DNA of 64,000 nucleotides from an uncultured Methylomirabilota bacterium (GTDB lineage Bacteria; Methylomirabilota; Methylomirabilia; Methylomirabilales; 2-02-FULL-66-22): assembly GCA_963845565.1 (NCBI GenBank), contig CAWJSJ010000002.1, positions 1 to 64,000 of the forward strand. The letters run 5' to 3'. Both the position numbers and the translations under genes were made by a program. Numbering within the stretch: position 1 is the first letter of the stretch; every line of letters starts with the position of its first letter. Positions 9,093 to 18,761 of the stretch are shown here, piece by piece. The notes beneath the pieces are model-generated. The model was not told the DNA's origin. It ran no database searches and saw nothing but the letters and a program-made list of their open reading frames with translations.

Positions 9093-10406
9093 TCAGCCAG
9101 TCACCGCCTTCAGTGCATCAGCGAAGGCGCGGAGCGTCGCCTCCAGGTCCGCATCAGAATGGGCAAGGGACAGATACATCTTGGCGCCCGGCACCACGAA
9201 GATTCCGCGCCGGATCATTTCGTAGCCTAAACGGACTGCCCGCTTTCCGTCGGCGCCTCGCAGATCTTGTTCCCCGACAATCGGGCGCGCCGGGTCGATG
9301 AAGACTGGTTGGGCGATTGGGCCTTCGCCGAGCGCCTGAAGCGGCACGCCCTGCTGTGCGGCGATGCCGGCCATGCCCTCCCGCAAGTGCTGCCCGATCT
9401 GGTGCAGTCGATCGTACACCCCGGGTCGCGAGAGTTCGGTGAGGGCCGCGAGGCCAGCCGCGCAGGCCAGGGGATTTCCGCTCAGGGTGCCGCTGAGGCA
9501 CGCGTAGTCTTCGGTGCCCTTTCGAGCCGGATTGGCCGTCTCCATAAGGTCACTCCGACCGCAAATCGCGGCCATGGCAAATCCGCAGGTTAATGCTTTC
9601 CCGTAGGTGGCGAGATCCGGCACCACCTGGTAGAACTCCTGCGCGCCCCCGTAGGCCAGCCGGAATCCGGTGACGACCTCGTCGAAGATCAGGGGGATGT
9701 GGTGGCGCGTGGCCAGCTCTCGCACTCCCTGCAGAAACCCCGGCTGCGGGCGAATGGCCCGCTGGAGCGGCTCGACGATGATGGCGGCGATCTCCGACGT
9801 ATGGCAGGCGAGCACCTGCTCGGTGGTGGCGAGGTCGTTGAACGGGGCGACCAGCACGCTGTCCACCGCCCCCTTCGGGATCCCTGCAATATCGGCGATG
9901 GGCGTCGGGAAGGGGGCGGCGCCCGGCTTCCAGTTCCCGATCATGGCGTAGTCGTGCAGGCCGTGAAAGCCGCCCTCGAACTTGAGCACCTTTTCCCGGT
10001 GGGTAAAGACGCGGGCCATCCGGATGGCCATCATGGTGGCCTCGGTCCCGGTGCTGACAAAGCGAACCGTGTCGCCGCAGGGGACGGCCTCGCAGATGCG
10101 CTTGGCCAGGCGGACGGTCGGCTCGCTCATGCAGTGGAAGGTCGATCCTTTCCCGATCTGGGCCTGCACGGCCTGGACGATCGCAGGGTGCGCATGCCCC
10201 AGGAGGAGCGGGCCCGAGCCCATCACGTAATCGATGAACGCCCGGCCGCTGGTATCATAGAGCGTGCTCCCCTCCCCCCGATCCGCAATGAAGGTGAGGT
10301 CCGGAGGAAGCGACCACTGCCAGGTCGAGCCGCCTGGGAGATACTGGGCCGCGTCGGCCAGCAACTCGTTGGTGCGGGACTCAGATTCCACATTCGCGTT
10401 CGGCAT
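9093..10406 (-). CDS. Class-III PLP aminotransferase (glutamate-1-semialdehyde aminomutase-like)
   Basis: GPLLLGHAHP, STGTEAT, KFEGGFHG, IFDEVVTGFR, YGK (PLP Lys), SGTLSGNP. Confidence 0.9.
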   Translation of the reverse strand: MPNANVESESRTNELLADAAQYLPGGSTWQWSLPPDLTFIADRGEGSTLYDTSGRAFIDYVMGSGPLLLGHAHPAIVQAVQAQIGKGSTFHCMSEPTVRLAKRICEAVPCGDTVRFVSTGTEATMMAIRMARVFTHREKVLKFEGGFHGLHDYAMIGNWKPGAAPFPTPIADIAGIPKGAVDSVLVAPFNDLATTEQVLACHTSEIAAIIVEPLQRAIRPQPGFLQGVRELATRHHIPLIFDEVVTGFRLAYGGAQEFYQVVPDLATYGKALTCGFAMAAICGRSDLMETANPARKGTEDYACLSGTLSGNPLACAAGLAALTELSRPGVYDRLHQIGQHLREGMAGIAAQQGVPLQALGEGPIAQPVFIDPARPIVGEQDLRGADGKRAVRLGYEMIRRGIFVVPGAKMYLSLAHSDADLEATLRAFADALKAVTG

Positions 10407-10485
10407 TGGACCTCCTTGGGTATCGTGCCGCCATGGATCGCGCAGACGCTCCGGCCTTCTCTTGCGTGGTGATAAGAACCTACAC

Positions 10486-10625
10486 TCAACCCGCGCTGGC
10501 CCCGAACGGCGGCGGTCCTCCGGGGCACCGTACGCCGTTCACCAGCGAGCCCAGGTGTTGCCAGCGAAACTAGACGCCCACCGCGTCGACCGCATGGTTT
10601 CAGATGGGTTCACGAAGGCAACACC
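10486..10625. repeat. Family A element, copy 4 (left end degenerate)
   Basis: TCAACCCGCGCTGGCCCCG...GTTCACCAGCGAGCCCAGGTGTTGCC...ACGAAGGCAACACC. Confidence 0.85.
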
Positions 10626-10792
10626 CCCTTATTACGTTATTGATGGTATCGAGAAGGTCGAGGTGCGATGGGTCTATTTGTTGGCCCGGAAGCGCCTCAG
10701 CGGAATCTTCCAGATGGCGGTTCCGCGAGCGGCTACGACTCAGGCCCGGGGACAGCAGGAAAGCAGGTGCTCCTCGACCTCAGAGGCGTTCC

Positions 10793-11197
10793 CTATCTCA
10801 GGTAGCCCTGATCGCTGGTCCTGTAGGGCTTTGTCCGGTTGCAAGAGGTCGCCATCAAGCGGTCCGCCTCGACCCATTTCTCGGTCCCCATGGTGGCATC
10901 GTACAGCCAAAGCCAACACGCCCAGTCCGACCCATTGATGGGATTCATCCCGGTTCCCGCATTGAACTGCACTAGAAGGGAGCCCTCGTAAATCCCCTTG
11001 GTGATGGCCAAGCTCTCGCTTTCACCAAAACCGATCAACAAGGGCGCAACAACCCGCGGCACGGGTGATGGTTTGGCGAGCGGACTCGGGGTTTGCGGGA
11101 CAGCGATCGACGGACGTTGCGGGGCGGGTTCAGCGGAGAACGCGGCGCCGGGAAGCACCAGGACGCACAGCGCCGTCGCTAACAGACCCGACTCCAT
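10793..11197 (-). CDS. Hypothetical secreted protein
   Basis: GGAGGG before ATG 11197; signal-peptide-like N-terminus (LLATALCVLVLPGAAFSA) and Pro-rich linker; no recognised domain. Confidence 0.45.
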   Translation of the reverse strand: MESGLLATALCVLVLPGAAFSAEPAPQRPSIAVPQTPSPLAKPSPVPRVVAPLLIGFGESESLAITKGIYEGSLLVQFNAGTGMNPINGSDWACWLWLYDATMGTEKWVEADRLMATSCNRTKPYRTSDQGYLR

Positions 11198-11510
11198 GGC
11201 CCCTCCCGCGCGCAAGGTCTAAACCGGCGCGGAAACTACCACGGGCGGAGCAGCGCGTCAATGGCTCGTCGCCGGGCATGGCTCGTCGCCGGGCACCGGG
11301 CTGCACTGGCGAAGGGAGCGGTTCGAATGCGATCAGCGTTGATTAGCGGCCCGTCGATTGGTGCCGCGCTTGACGCGGGTTCGCGCTACAATGCGCTCTC
11401 GCAACGGGGGGGTTGTGGCGATGAGACGCGGTCAGAGGAGAGGACGCGTCGCAGGACTTGATTCATGCGGTAGATCCTTGATACAACCATGCCCACAGAG
11501 GAGTCCAAGA

Positions 11511-12293
11511 ATGGATTACCAGAATCTCGCACAGAAATTCTCGCTGGAAGGACAAACGGCGGTCATCACTGGTGGTGCCAGAGGCATCGGAATGGGGCTG
11601 GCCATGGCGCTTGCCAAAGCCGGTGCAAATATCGTGGTGGTAGATCTCCTAGAGGAGGAGGCAAAGAAGACGGCGGCGCTGCTCGCCTCGACTGCCGGCA
11701 TCAAAGCGTATCCCTATATCGCTGACTTGAGCCGGCCTCACCTGATCAAGGATTATGTCAGAGGCATCCTGGGGGAGTGCGGGAAGATTGACATCTTGAT
11801 AAATAACGCCGGTATCCAGGTGCGAAAGCCGGCCCTGGAGTTCACCCTGGAAGAGTGGAATAGTGTTCTCAACATCCACCTCACCGCGTCGTTTGCGATG
11901 GCGCAAGCGGTTGTCCCGGGAATGGCCAAGCACGGCGGGGGAAAGATCATCAACATAGCCTCCATCAACGGTGTCATAGCCATCCCCAACACCATCGCGT
12001 ATACGGCTGCCAAGAGCGGACTTGCCGGGTTGACGCGTGCCATGGCAGTCGAGTGGTCGCAATTCAAGGTCAGAACCAATGCGATTGGACCAGGATACTG
12101 CCGGACGGAACTCACGGAGAAGCTGTTTCAAGATCCCCAGAAGAGCGAATGGGTGATGAGCCGGATCCCAATCAGGCGGCTGGCTGAACCCGAAAACGAC
12201 CTCGGCTACGTGGCCGTGTTTCTAGCGTCTGACGCCTCGGCGTACATCAATGGACAAGTGATCTATGTCGACGGTGGATGGCTAGCGGCATAG
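11511..12293 (+). CDS. SDR oxidoreductase (gluconate 5-dehydrogenase/KduD-like)
   Basis: TGGARGIG, NNAG, YTAAK, NAIGPGY, VDGGW; RBS GAGGAG; visibly lower GC than neighbours. Confidence 0.92.
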   Translation: MDYQNLAQKFSLEGQTAVITGGARGIGMGLAMALAKAGANIVVVDLLEEEAKKTAALLASTAGIKAYPYIADLSRPHLIKDYVRGILGECGKIDILINNAGIQVRKPALEFTLEEWNSVLNIHLTASFAMAQAVVPGMAKHGGGKIINIASINGVIAIPNTIAYTAAKSGLAGLTRAMAVEWSQFKVRTNAIGPGYCRTELTEKLFQDPQKSEWVMSRIPIRRLAEPENDLGYVAVFLASDASAYINGQVIYVDGGWLAA

Positions 12294-12502
12294 GTCGCGA
12301 GATGGGTAAGGCTTTCAGTCCGGGTGACGGAGCTTCCCTTGCTTTTTTCAGAATAGGAAACCTGGCAGGTCCGTCGTCCATCGAGGGGAAATCCGAGAAT
12401 CGTCACAAGCTCGCACCTGCTCACCTCCTGGCGGGTTCTGACCGACCCCCCCGGCCACAGCCCTCCGTCCCCGGCCTCGCACCCCGCAGTCTCCTTGGAC
12501 CG

Positions 12503-12907
12503 TCACAGTGTCGGCTCATCCGCATCCTTCGCGTCGCGGAGATCGAATGGATCGGTTGCCGCCGGGGGGGTGCCGGCCCGCTGCGCCGCCGCGGCCTGAA
12601 GCAGACGGCGCTGGGTCTGCACCAGATCTTCCAGGAGGTCGCGCTGGTCCAGCAGGACCCGGAGCACCCCACTCAGGATGAAATACCCCAACCCGAAGAG
12701 CGCTCCCACGAGGAGGCCGAGGGGGGGCGCGGCATAGAGGAGCCAGGGCGCCCACGCGGCGCCCCCCGGGATCGCCTGTCCGGCGGCAACGACCCACGGC
12801 ACACAACCAGCCAGCAAGCCCGCGCCGACGTGCACCCATCCGAGGGCGACGAGGAAGGTTGCGTAGGAACGAAGCCCACGGTGAGACAGGGGGTCACCCT
12901 CTGACAT
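12503..12907 (-). CDS. Hypothetical membrane protein
   Basis: ATG 12907 after GGAGGG; two hydrophobic helices followed by a coiled-coil-like tail; co-oriented with the PfpI gene. Confidence 0.65.
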   Translation of the reverse strand: MSEGDPLSHRGLRSYATFLVALGWVHVGAGLLAGCVPWVVAAGQAIPGGAAWAPWLLYAAPPLGLLVGALFGLGYFILSGVLRVLLDQRDLLEDLVQTQRRLLQAAAAQRAGTPPAATDPFDLRDAKDADEPTL

Positions 12908-12930
12908 TTCCCTGCCCTCCTTAGAGTCCG

Positions 12931-13512
12931 CTACGGCATGATCTTGGTCCCGAGGACGGTGAGGAACTTGGCGAGCCAGGCGGGATGCGCCGGCCAGGCG
13001 GGCGCCGTGACGAGATTCCCCTCGACATGCGCACCATCTATCGCGATGTCCATGTACTTCCCGCCGGCCCGGCTCACCTCCGGACCGACGGCAGGGTACG
13101 CCGAGCAGGCCTTCCCTTCCACCACCCCGGCCGCAGCCAGGATCTGCGCACCGTGGCAAATGGCGGCGACCGGCTTGTTCGCCTCGAAGAAGTGCCGGAC
13201 GGTCTTCAGCACGGCCGGATTCAGCCGCAGGTACTCGGGCGCCCGACCACCGGGGATGACGAGCGCGTCGTACGCCTCCGGCTTCACCTCATCGAAGCTG
13301 GCATTGACGGTAAAATTGTGGCCAGGCTTCTCACTGTAGGTCTGATCCCCCTCGAAGTCGTGAATGGCGGTCCGCACCTTTTCGCCCGCCCTCTTCCCCG
13401 GGCAGACCGCGTGCACCGCATGGCCCACCATCTGGAGCGCCTGAAAGGGCACCATCACCTCGTAGTCCTCGACGTAGTCCCCCACCAGCATCAGAATCTT
13501 CTTGGTTCCCAT
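12931..13512 (-). CDS. DJ-1/PfpI family protein
   Basis: [23 protein letters not shown] nucleophile elbow, VTAPAWP. Confidence 0.93.
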   Translation of the reverse strand: MGTKKILMLVGDYVEDYEVMVPFQALQMVGHAVHAVCPGKRAGEKVRTAIHDFEGDQTYSEKPGHNFTVNASFDEVKPEAYDALVIPGGRAPEYLRLNPAVLKTVRHFFEANKPVAAICHGAQILAAAGVVEGKACSAYPAVGPEVSRAGGKYMDIAIDGAHVEGNLVTAPAWPAHPAWLAKFLTVLGTKIMP

Positions 13513-13926
13513 GGTCCATACCTCCAGAGTGGCGGTCGTGTCCTGGCGGCGTCCCGGCAGCCGGACGCGGCGGAGCGTCCGGTTGAATTTCACCCTACAT
13601 CGCTTGCGCGGAAAGCGCAACTCGGCGGATTATTCCCCAAAGACACGCTCCGCCGCGGTTCTTCCCGCGGGCGGAAATAGGCACATCCGCTCTTTCCTTG
13701 ACGCGGCATGGCCCTCACCGGTACAGTGGTGATGCGAAATGAGTCCGCCGGACGCCTCCGCCGCCCCGCCTAGGGGGGCGGATACGCGCGCCGTCGCGAC
13801 CCCCATCGTCTCCCGTGTGGGGGCTTCCGGCATGCAATGGACGTCTCTTGTCGAGACCAGTGCTCTCGACGCCGCGGCGAATCTGGGCGCCTCGCCGGAT
13901 TCGCGCTGCAAGGACCTACTGTGAAT

Positions 13927-15552
13927 GTGAGTGATAAACACTTGAAGATCGCGGTTTTCATCGATTTCGACAACATCGAGATCGGTGTCAAGAACAGCCT
14001 GGGCGGCCAGTTCGACGTGGGTGCCGTGCTCGAAGCCATGAAGGAACGCGGCGAAGTGGTCACCAAGGTCGCCTATGGCGACTGGACCCGCGCGACCGAC
14101 TACGGTCGCTCGATGTCGCAACACGCCATCCACATGGTGCAGCGCAACTTGACGCCGGGCGGCGACAAGAACGGCGCCGACATCAACCTGGCCCTCGATG
14201 CCCTCGAGATGGCATTCACCCACAGCCACATCAACGCGTTCGTCATCGTCGGCGGCGACAGCGACTTCATCACGCTGGTCGAGAAACTCAAGCAATACGA
14301 CCGCAAGGTGTTCGTGGTCGGTGGGCGCTCGTTCACGAGCCAAGTGATGCAGAAGAACTGCACCGAGTTCGTGGCGTACGAAGACATCTGTGGCGTCACG
14401 GGCCGTGGACGCCAGGCCGGCGGACGCGCGCGCCCCCTGACCGACATCGCCGCAGCCATGCCGCTCATCCGCCGCGCGATCCAATTGCTGGCGGACCGTG
14501 AAATGACGCCGCAGCTCGGACTGCTCAAGAGTACGCTGCTGCAGCTCGACTCGAGTTTCTCGGAGCGCGCGTACGGCGCGAACTCCTTCCGCGACTTTGT
14601 CGAGAAGCTCGCCAAGGCCGGGCACGTCGCGCTGAAGGGCGCCGACCGAAGCTTCTATGTCGAGTTGCGCGAGGCGGGCGATACCGCGGTTGCCGCGCCG
14701 GCGGCCTCGGCCGGCAAGGGGCCGGTGGAGCCGCGTGCCCATCGGGAGCCTCGCGTGGCCCGCGAGGGGCGCGCCCGCGGACAGGGGCCCGACGCTCCTC
14801 ATGGACTCCCCGCCGGCGACCTGACGAGCGGTCCGGTGGAGGCGCCGGCCGACGCCTCGATGCCTGCGCCGTTGGACAATGACACCGCATCGGCGGAGGG
14901 CGTCGTGCGACTCGGGCCGGCCGATGGCTATCGCATCATGATCCAGGCGCTCTCGCGCACCGGTGCGAGCCCACGTTTCCCGATGTACGTGCGGCAGTTC
15001 AAACACTTCATGAAGACGTTCGACGAGACCTTCGATGAACGCCGCTATGGATTCGTCGGCATCCTGGATGCGCTGCGCTTCGGCCAGCGTGAAGGCTTGT
15101 TCCGGCTCGATCGCGGTCGCCAGGGCGGCGTGCGCGTGCATCCCGGCGCGCAGTACCAGCAGCTGACGCAGTCGCCGGAGGCGGCGCCCGCCGCCGACGT
15201 TTCCGTCACCAGCGAAAGCCCGCAGGATGGCCGCCCTCCGCTCGACGTCGAGGCCGGTGCCCTGCCGGACGCCTTTACCGCCCCGGACCGGTCAGCGGCG
15301 GTGCCGGAGCCGGTGCCCGTCGAGGCGGACGCAACCACGCTGGACCAGACCGCCGAGGCCGCGCCTCTCGCTTCCTCCGGCGAGCCGGCGCCTGGGGACG
15401 AGGCTGTCGCCGAACCGGCGCCCGCACCCCGCGCCGCCACTCGCAAGCGCGCCGCCGCGGGACCACGCACGGCCACGCGCGCAAAAAAAGCCGCCGCACC
15501 GGCCGCCGGGACCAAGAAAAAGGCCGCGCGACCCCGCGCCAAGAAGGCATAG
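13927..15552 (+). CDS. NYN (LabA/DUF88) domain protein with OST-HTH/LOTUS domains and a Lys/Ala-rich tail
   Basis: AVFIDFDN, AYGDW, KNGADINLALDA, GDSDF; two FxErxYG repeats (FSERAYGANSF, FDERRYGFVG). Start is GTG 13921 or 13927. Confidence 0.88.
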   Translation: MSDKHLKIAVFIDFDNIEIGVKNSLGGQFDVGAVLEAMKERGEVVTKVAYGDWTRATDYGRSMSQHAIHMVQRNLTPGGDKNGADINLALDALEMAFTHSHINAFVIVGGDSDFITLVEKLKQYDRKVFVVGGRSFTSQVMQKNCTEFVAYEDICGVTGRGRQAGGRARPLTDIAAAMPLIRRAIQLLADREMTPQLGLLKSTLLQLDSSFSERAYGANSFRDFVEKLAKAGHVALKGADRSFYVELREAGDTAVAAPAASAGKGPVEPRAHREPRVAREGRARGQGPDAPHGLPAGDLTSGPVEAPADASMPAPLDNDTASAEGVVRLGPADGYRIMIQALSRTGASPRFPMYVRQFKHFMKTFDETFDERRYGFVGILDALRFGQREGLFRLDRGRQGGVRVHPGAQYQQLTQSPEAAPAADVSVTSESPQDGRPPLDVEAGALPDAFTAPDRSAAVPEPVPVEADATTLDQTAEAAPLASSGEPAPGDEAVAEPAPAPRAATRKRAAAGPRTATRAKKAAAPAAGTKKKAARPRAKKA

Positions 15553-15685
15553 GCGGGACACGGCGGACCCTCGGGTCGGCGCAGCGTCGCGGGCACAAGC
15601 ATCCGCAACACGATACTTCCTCGCCGAGATCCCGTATCGTCTTCCTCTATGATCGGAAAGAGATGGGGGAGTCGTCCGATGCGCC

Positions 15686-16556
15686 TTACGCGCACATGCC
15701 GACGCCCGCGTGCCAGCGGTTGAAGGCGGGGTTCTCTTGCTCGGCCAGTCTCGCCCGCGCATCACACCAGAGCCGGGCCCACGCCACGGGGTCGCGCAGC
15801 ACCAACTCCGGATGGGCCGCGCTACGGGCGACAAAGCCCGGGAACGCCGGCCGCCCGGTCGGCTGACCGATCGGCTGATAGCGCAGATCGAAGCTCAGGC
15901 GCACCTCGTTTTGGGTGACGTTGTCGAGGGAGCTGTGAACGGTCCGCGCGGTCATGAGGAGGACGCTGCCCGGGCGCATGGGGAGCGGGATGGCCTGCGT
16001 GGCGGGAATCAGCGGTTCCGGGATGGCGACGCCTTTCTCGGTCGGGCAGTGCGCGATAAGATCGCCCCTGTGGCTCCGCGGAATGACCTGGAGGCACCCG
16101 TTTTCGACCGTGGCCTCGTTGAGTGGGAACCACACGGTCAGAATGGTCGAGTGGTCCGCCTCGGGGAGGATCACGCCGGTGTCCTGGTGCCAGGGGATCT
16201 GCGAGACGAGCCCACTGTAACCGGCCCTGGCGACGGCCCGCTTGGGAAGCTTCATTCGGATGTGCTGGACCGGGTTCGAGTAGATCTCCGGACCAATCAC
16301 GTCCTCCACGAGATCGAGCAGGCGGGGAGTCGTCAACAGCCCAAAGACGGCCGGCCCGACGTGGAGTGGGGTCTCGTGATGCACGCCGGTCTGCGGCAGG
16401 CTGATGTCGAATTCCTGGGGGAAGTTCCGGCCGCTCTCGATGCAGATCTGGATCAGTCGCTCCGCGAACGGCGAGTCGCGGTGCGTAGATGACACGACGC
16501 CTTCGCCGGCGAGCGATCCGGCAATGCCGTCCAGCACCTCCTCGTACTCGGCCATG
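15686..16556 (-). CDS. Phytanoyl-CoA dioxygenase (PhyH) family Fe(II)/2-oxoglutarate oxygenase, 5'-truncated
   Basis: PWHQD, TVWFPL, ENGCLQVIPRSH, TVHSS, RLSFDLRY; the N-terminus is replaced by IS sequence. Confidence 0.85.
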
Positions 16557-16559
16557 AGG

Positions 16560-17153
16560 CGCAACGATAGCCAGCAGGCGCGCTGGCTCCGCTGCATCGA
16601 AGCGTTCGAGGACGGCACGCACCGCCAACTCCGCCTCGCCCTGTTCCCCGCCGACCGGGCGATCCCCGCGCACGCGCCGCCATCGGCGTCCAAGTGCGCC
16701 TGCGCGAGTTTCGGCTCGAGCGCCCGCGGCAGTGGGGCGCCTGTTGGGTGGCCTGCCAGCTCTGGCGGCAGCTCCACCTCGATGCGTTCTGGCGGGAGCG
16801 GCTCCCGCCCAGCCGCGAGGGCACGACCTGGGATCAGATGCTGCTGCTCCTGGTGGCGTATCGCTTCCTCGCCCCGGGGAGCGAGTGGCGCCTCCACCGC
16901 GAGTGGCTGCACCACAGCGCCATGGGCGATCTGCTCGGGGCCGACCTCGGCGGGGTGGCGAAGGACACGCTCTACCGCTGTCTCGACAAGCTGCTCGCCC
17001 ACAAGGCCGACCTCTGCACGTTCCTCAGTCGCCGCTGGCAGGATCTCTTCGAGGGCGACCTCCGACCTGCTCGTGGCTACGATCTGACCAGCACCTACTT
17101 CGAGAGCGACCCGCCGGACGACGCCGAGGACCCGCGCCGCTACGGCTGCAGCG
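16560..17153 (+). mobile_element. Internal fragment of an IS1634-family transposase
   Basis: NDSQQARW, LALFP, RLERPRQWGAC, PPSREGT, PGSEWRLHREW, LYRCLDKLL, YDLTSTYFE, RRYG; no IS ends; frameshifted. Confidence 0.85.
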
Positions 17154-17414
17154 ATCGCCCGGCCGGACTGCGTCCAGGTCGTGCTCCGTCCCGGAAGCCG
17201 ACCTCCACCCCATCCACCTGGATCGAGCCCTCGTCGTAGGTCTCCAGGAGGTTGATGCACCGCAGCAGAGTCGTCTTGCCGCTCGCCCGACGGGCCGATC
17301 ACCACGACCACTTCGCCCTTGTGGACGTCGAGATCCACTCCGTCCAGCACGCGGTTCGCGCCGAACGACTTCTTGACTCCGCGAATGCCGAACGACCGAT
17401 TCCGAAGAGGCCAC
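17154..17414 (-). pseudogene. Polar amino-acid ABC ATP-binding protein, 5' fragment only
   Basis: KKSFGANRVLDGVDLDVHKGEVVVVIGPSG/SGKTTLLRCINLLE (Walker A across a frameshift); cut off at the IS fragment. Confidence 0.8.
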
Positions 17415-17416
17415 GG

Positions 17417-18064
17417 CTACTCCCGGATGTAGGCGAAGCGCGCCTCAAGCCGACGGCTCGCCGAGGAAAGGCTGTAGTTGATGACGAAATACATGAGGGC
17501 GCCCAGAACATAGAGCGGCATCGGGATATAGGTCCGGCCGATGACTTGCTGGATGGCCAGCATCAGATCCACAATCCCGACGAGGGAGACTAAGGCGCTG
17601 CCCTTTCACGGTGTCCACCACGGCGTTGATCCAGGGCGGCAGGAACCGCCGCACGGCCTGGGGGGCAATCACGTAGACCAACCGCTGGCTGAAACGCAGG
17701 CCGATGGTCTTGGCGGCCTCGTTCTGCCCCGCGGGATCGATTGCAGCGCACCCCGCACGATCTCGATAATGTGGGCCGTCTCGAACGCCGACAGGGCTAC
17801 CACGACCGACACGAAACTCGTGAGGTTGATGCCAAATAACGGCAGGGCATAGTAAATGAAGAAGATCAGCACGAGGAGCGGAATCCCGCGGAAGAAATCA
17901 CTGTAGATCCGAATCGGCCAATACAGCCACCGCGGTCCATACACGATCCCAACGCCCAGGAGGATCCCGCCGGCCAGCGAGAACACGACCACCAAGGCGG
18001 AGACCTGAAGGGTGATGAGGAGGCCATGCCAGAGGAACGGAAGGCTCTGAATCGCAAAGAGCAT
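17417..18064 (-). CDS. Polar amino-acid ABC permease (frameshifted)
   Basis: FRGIPLLVLIF, EIVRGALQSIPRG, IAPQAVRRFLPP; stop at 17417. Confidence 0.85.
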
Positions 18065-18726
18065 CAGTGCACCGCGAAGCGGCGCTCAAGCCGCTGGAGC
18101 AGAAACAGGAGACCGTAGCCGGTGACGAGGTACATGGGCGCGGCCACCGCCCACACCTCGATAATGCGAAACGTGTTGGTATTGATCCACTGCGCCCCGT
18201 AGGTCAACTCGGGGACCGCAATGACCGACGCCAGCGACGTGTCCTTGAACAGCGACACAAAGGCGTTGCTGAGCGAAGGCAGCACGATGCGGAACATGGT
18301 CGGAAGACGGACCCAGATCAGGCGCTGCCAGCCCGTGAGGCCGATCGCCTTGCCGGCGTCGATCAGGCCCCGGGGGACGGCCGCCAGGCCGGCACGAAAC
18401 ACCTCGACCAGGGTGGCCCCGGCGTATACCGACAGGGTGATGACGAAACTCGTGGTCGCGTCGTACGCGAATCCCTCGATGCTCGGCACGCCGTAGAAGA
18501 TAAGGTAGACCAGCAGGAGGAGCGGGACGTTCCGGATGAATTCGACATACCCGGCGACGGCGCTGCGAATGGCGCGGCCGCCGCCGGTATAGGCCAGGGC
18601 CAGGCTGAGCCCGATCGCGATCCCGATGAGGATCGAGATCGCGGCCAGTTCCAGGCTCAGCACCAGCCCCCAACCCAGCCTGTCGAAGTGCTTCCAGATG
18701 AACCCAAAATCGAGATGGTATCTCAT
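18064..18726 (-). CDS. Polar amino-acid ABC permease
   Basis: YVEFIRNVPLL, EVFRAGLAAVPRG, LFKDTSLAS, VPELT. Confidence 0.9.
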   Translation of the reverse strand: MRYHLDFGFIWKHFDRLGWGLVLSLELAAISILIGIAIGLSLALAYTGGGRAIRSAVAGYVEFIRNVPLLLLVYLIFYGVPSIEGFAYDATTSFVITLSVYAGATLVEVFRAGLAAVPRGLIDAGKAIGLTGWQRLIWVRLPTMFRIVLPSLSNAFVSLFKDTSLASVIAVPELTYGAQWINTNTFRIIEVWAVAAPMYLVTGYGLLFLLQRLERRFAVH

Positions 18727-18761
18727 CGAGAGCGGTTCGCGGTATCCAGAGCCCTTTGGGC

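Noticed and set aside
9093..10406. Assignment as hemL
   Set aside because: Only family-level motifs are seen and there are no tetrapyrrole genes nearby.
4040..10625. Family A repeats as CRISPR repeats or integron attC sites
   Set aside because: They are too long and too far apart for CRISPR and no cas genes are present; they lack RYYYAAC/GTTRRRY ends and there is no integrase in the window.
15686..17350. 554-aa ORF as a single novel protein
   Set aside because: It is a chimera of an ABC ATPase piece, antisense transposase sequence and the PhyH gene.
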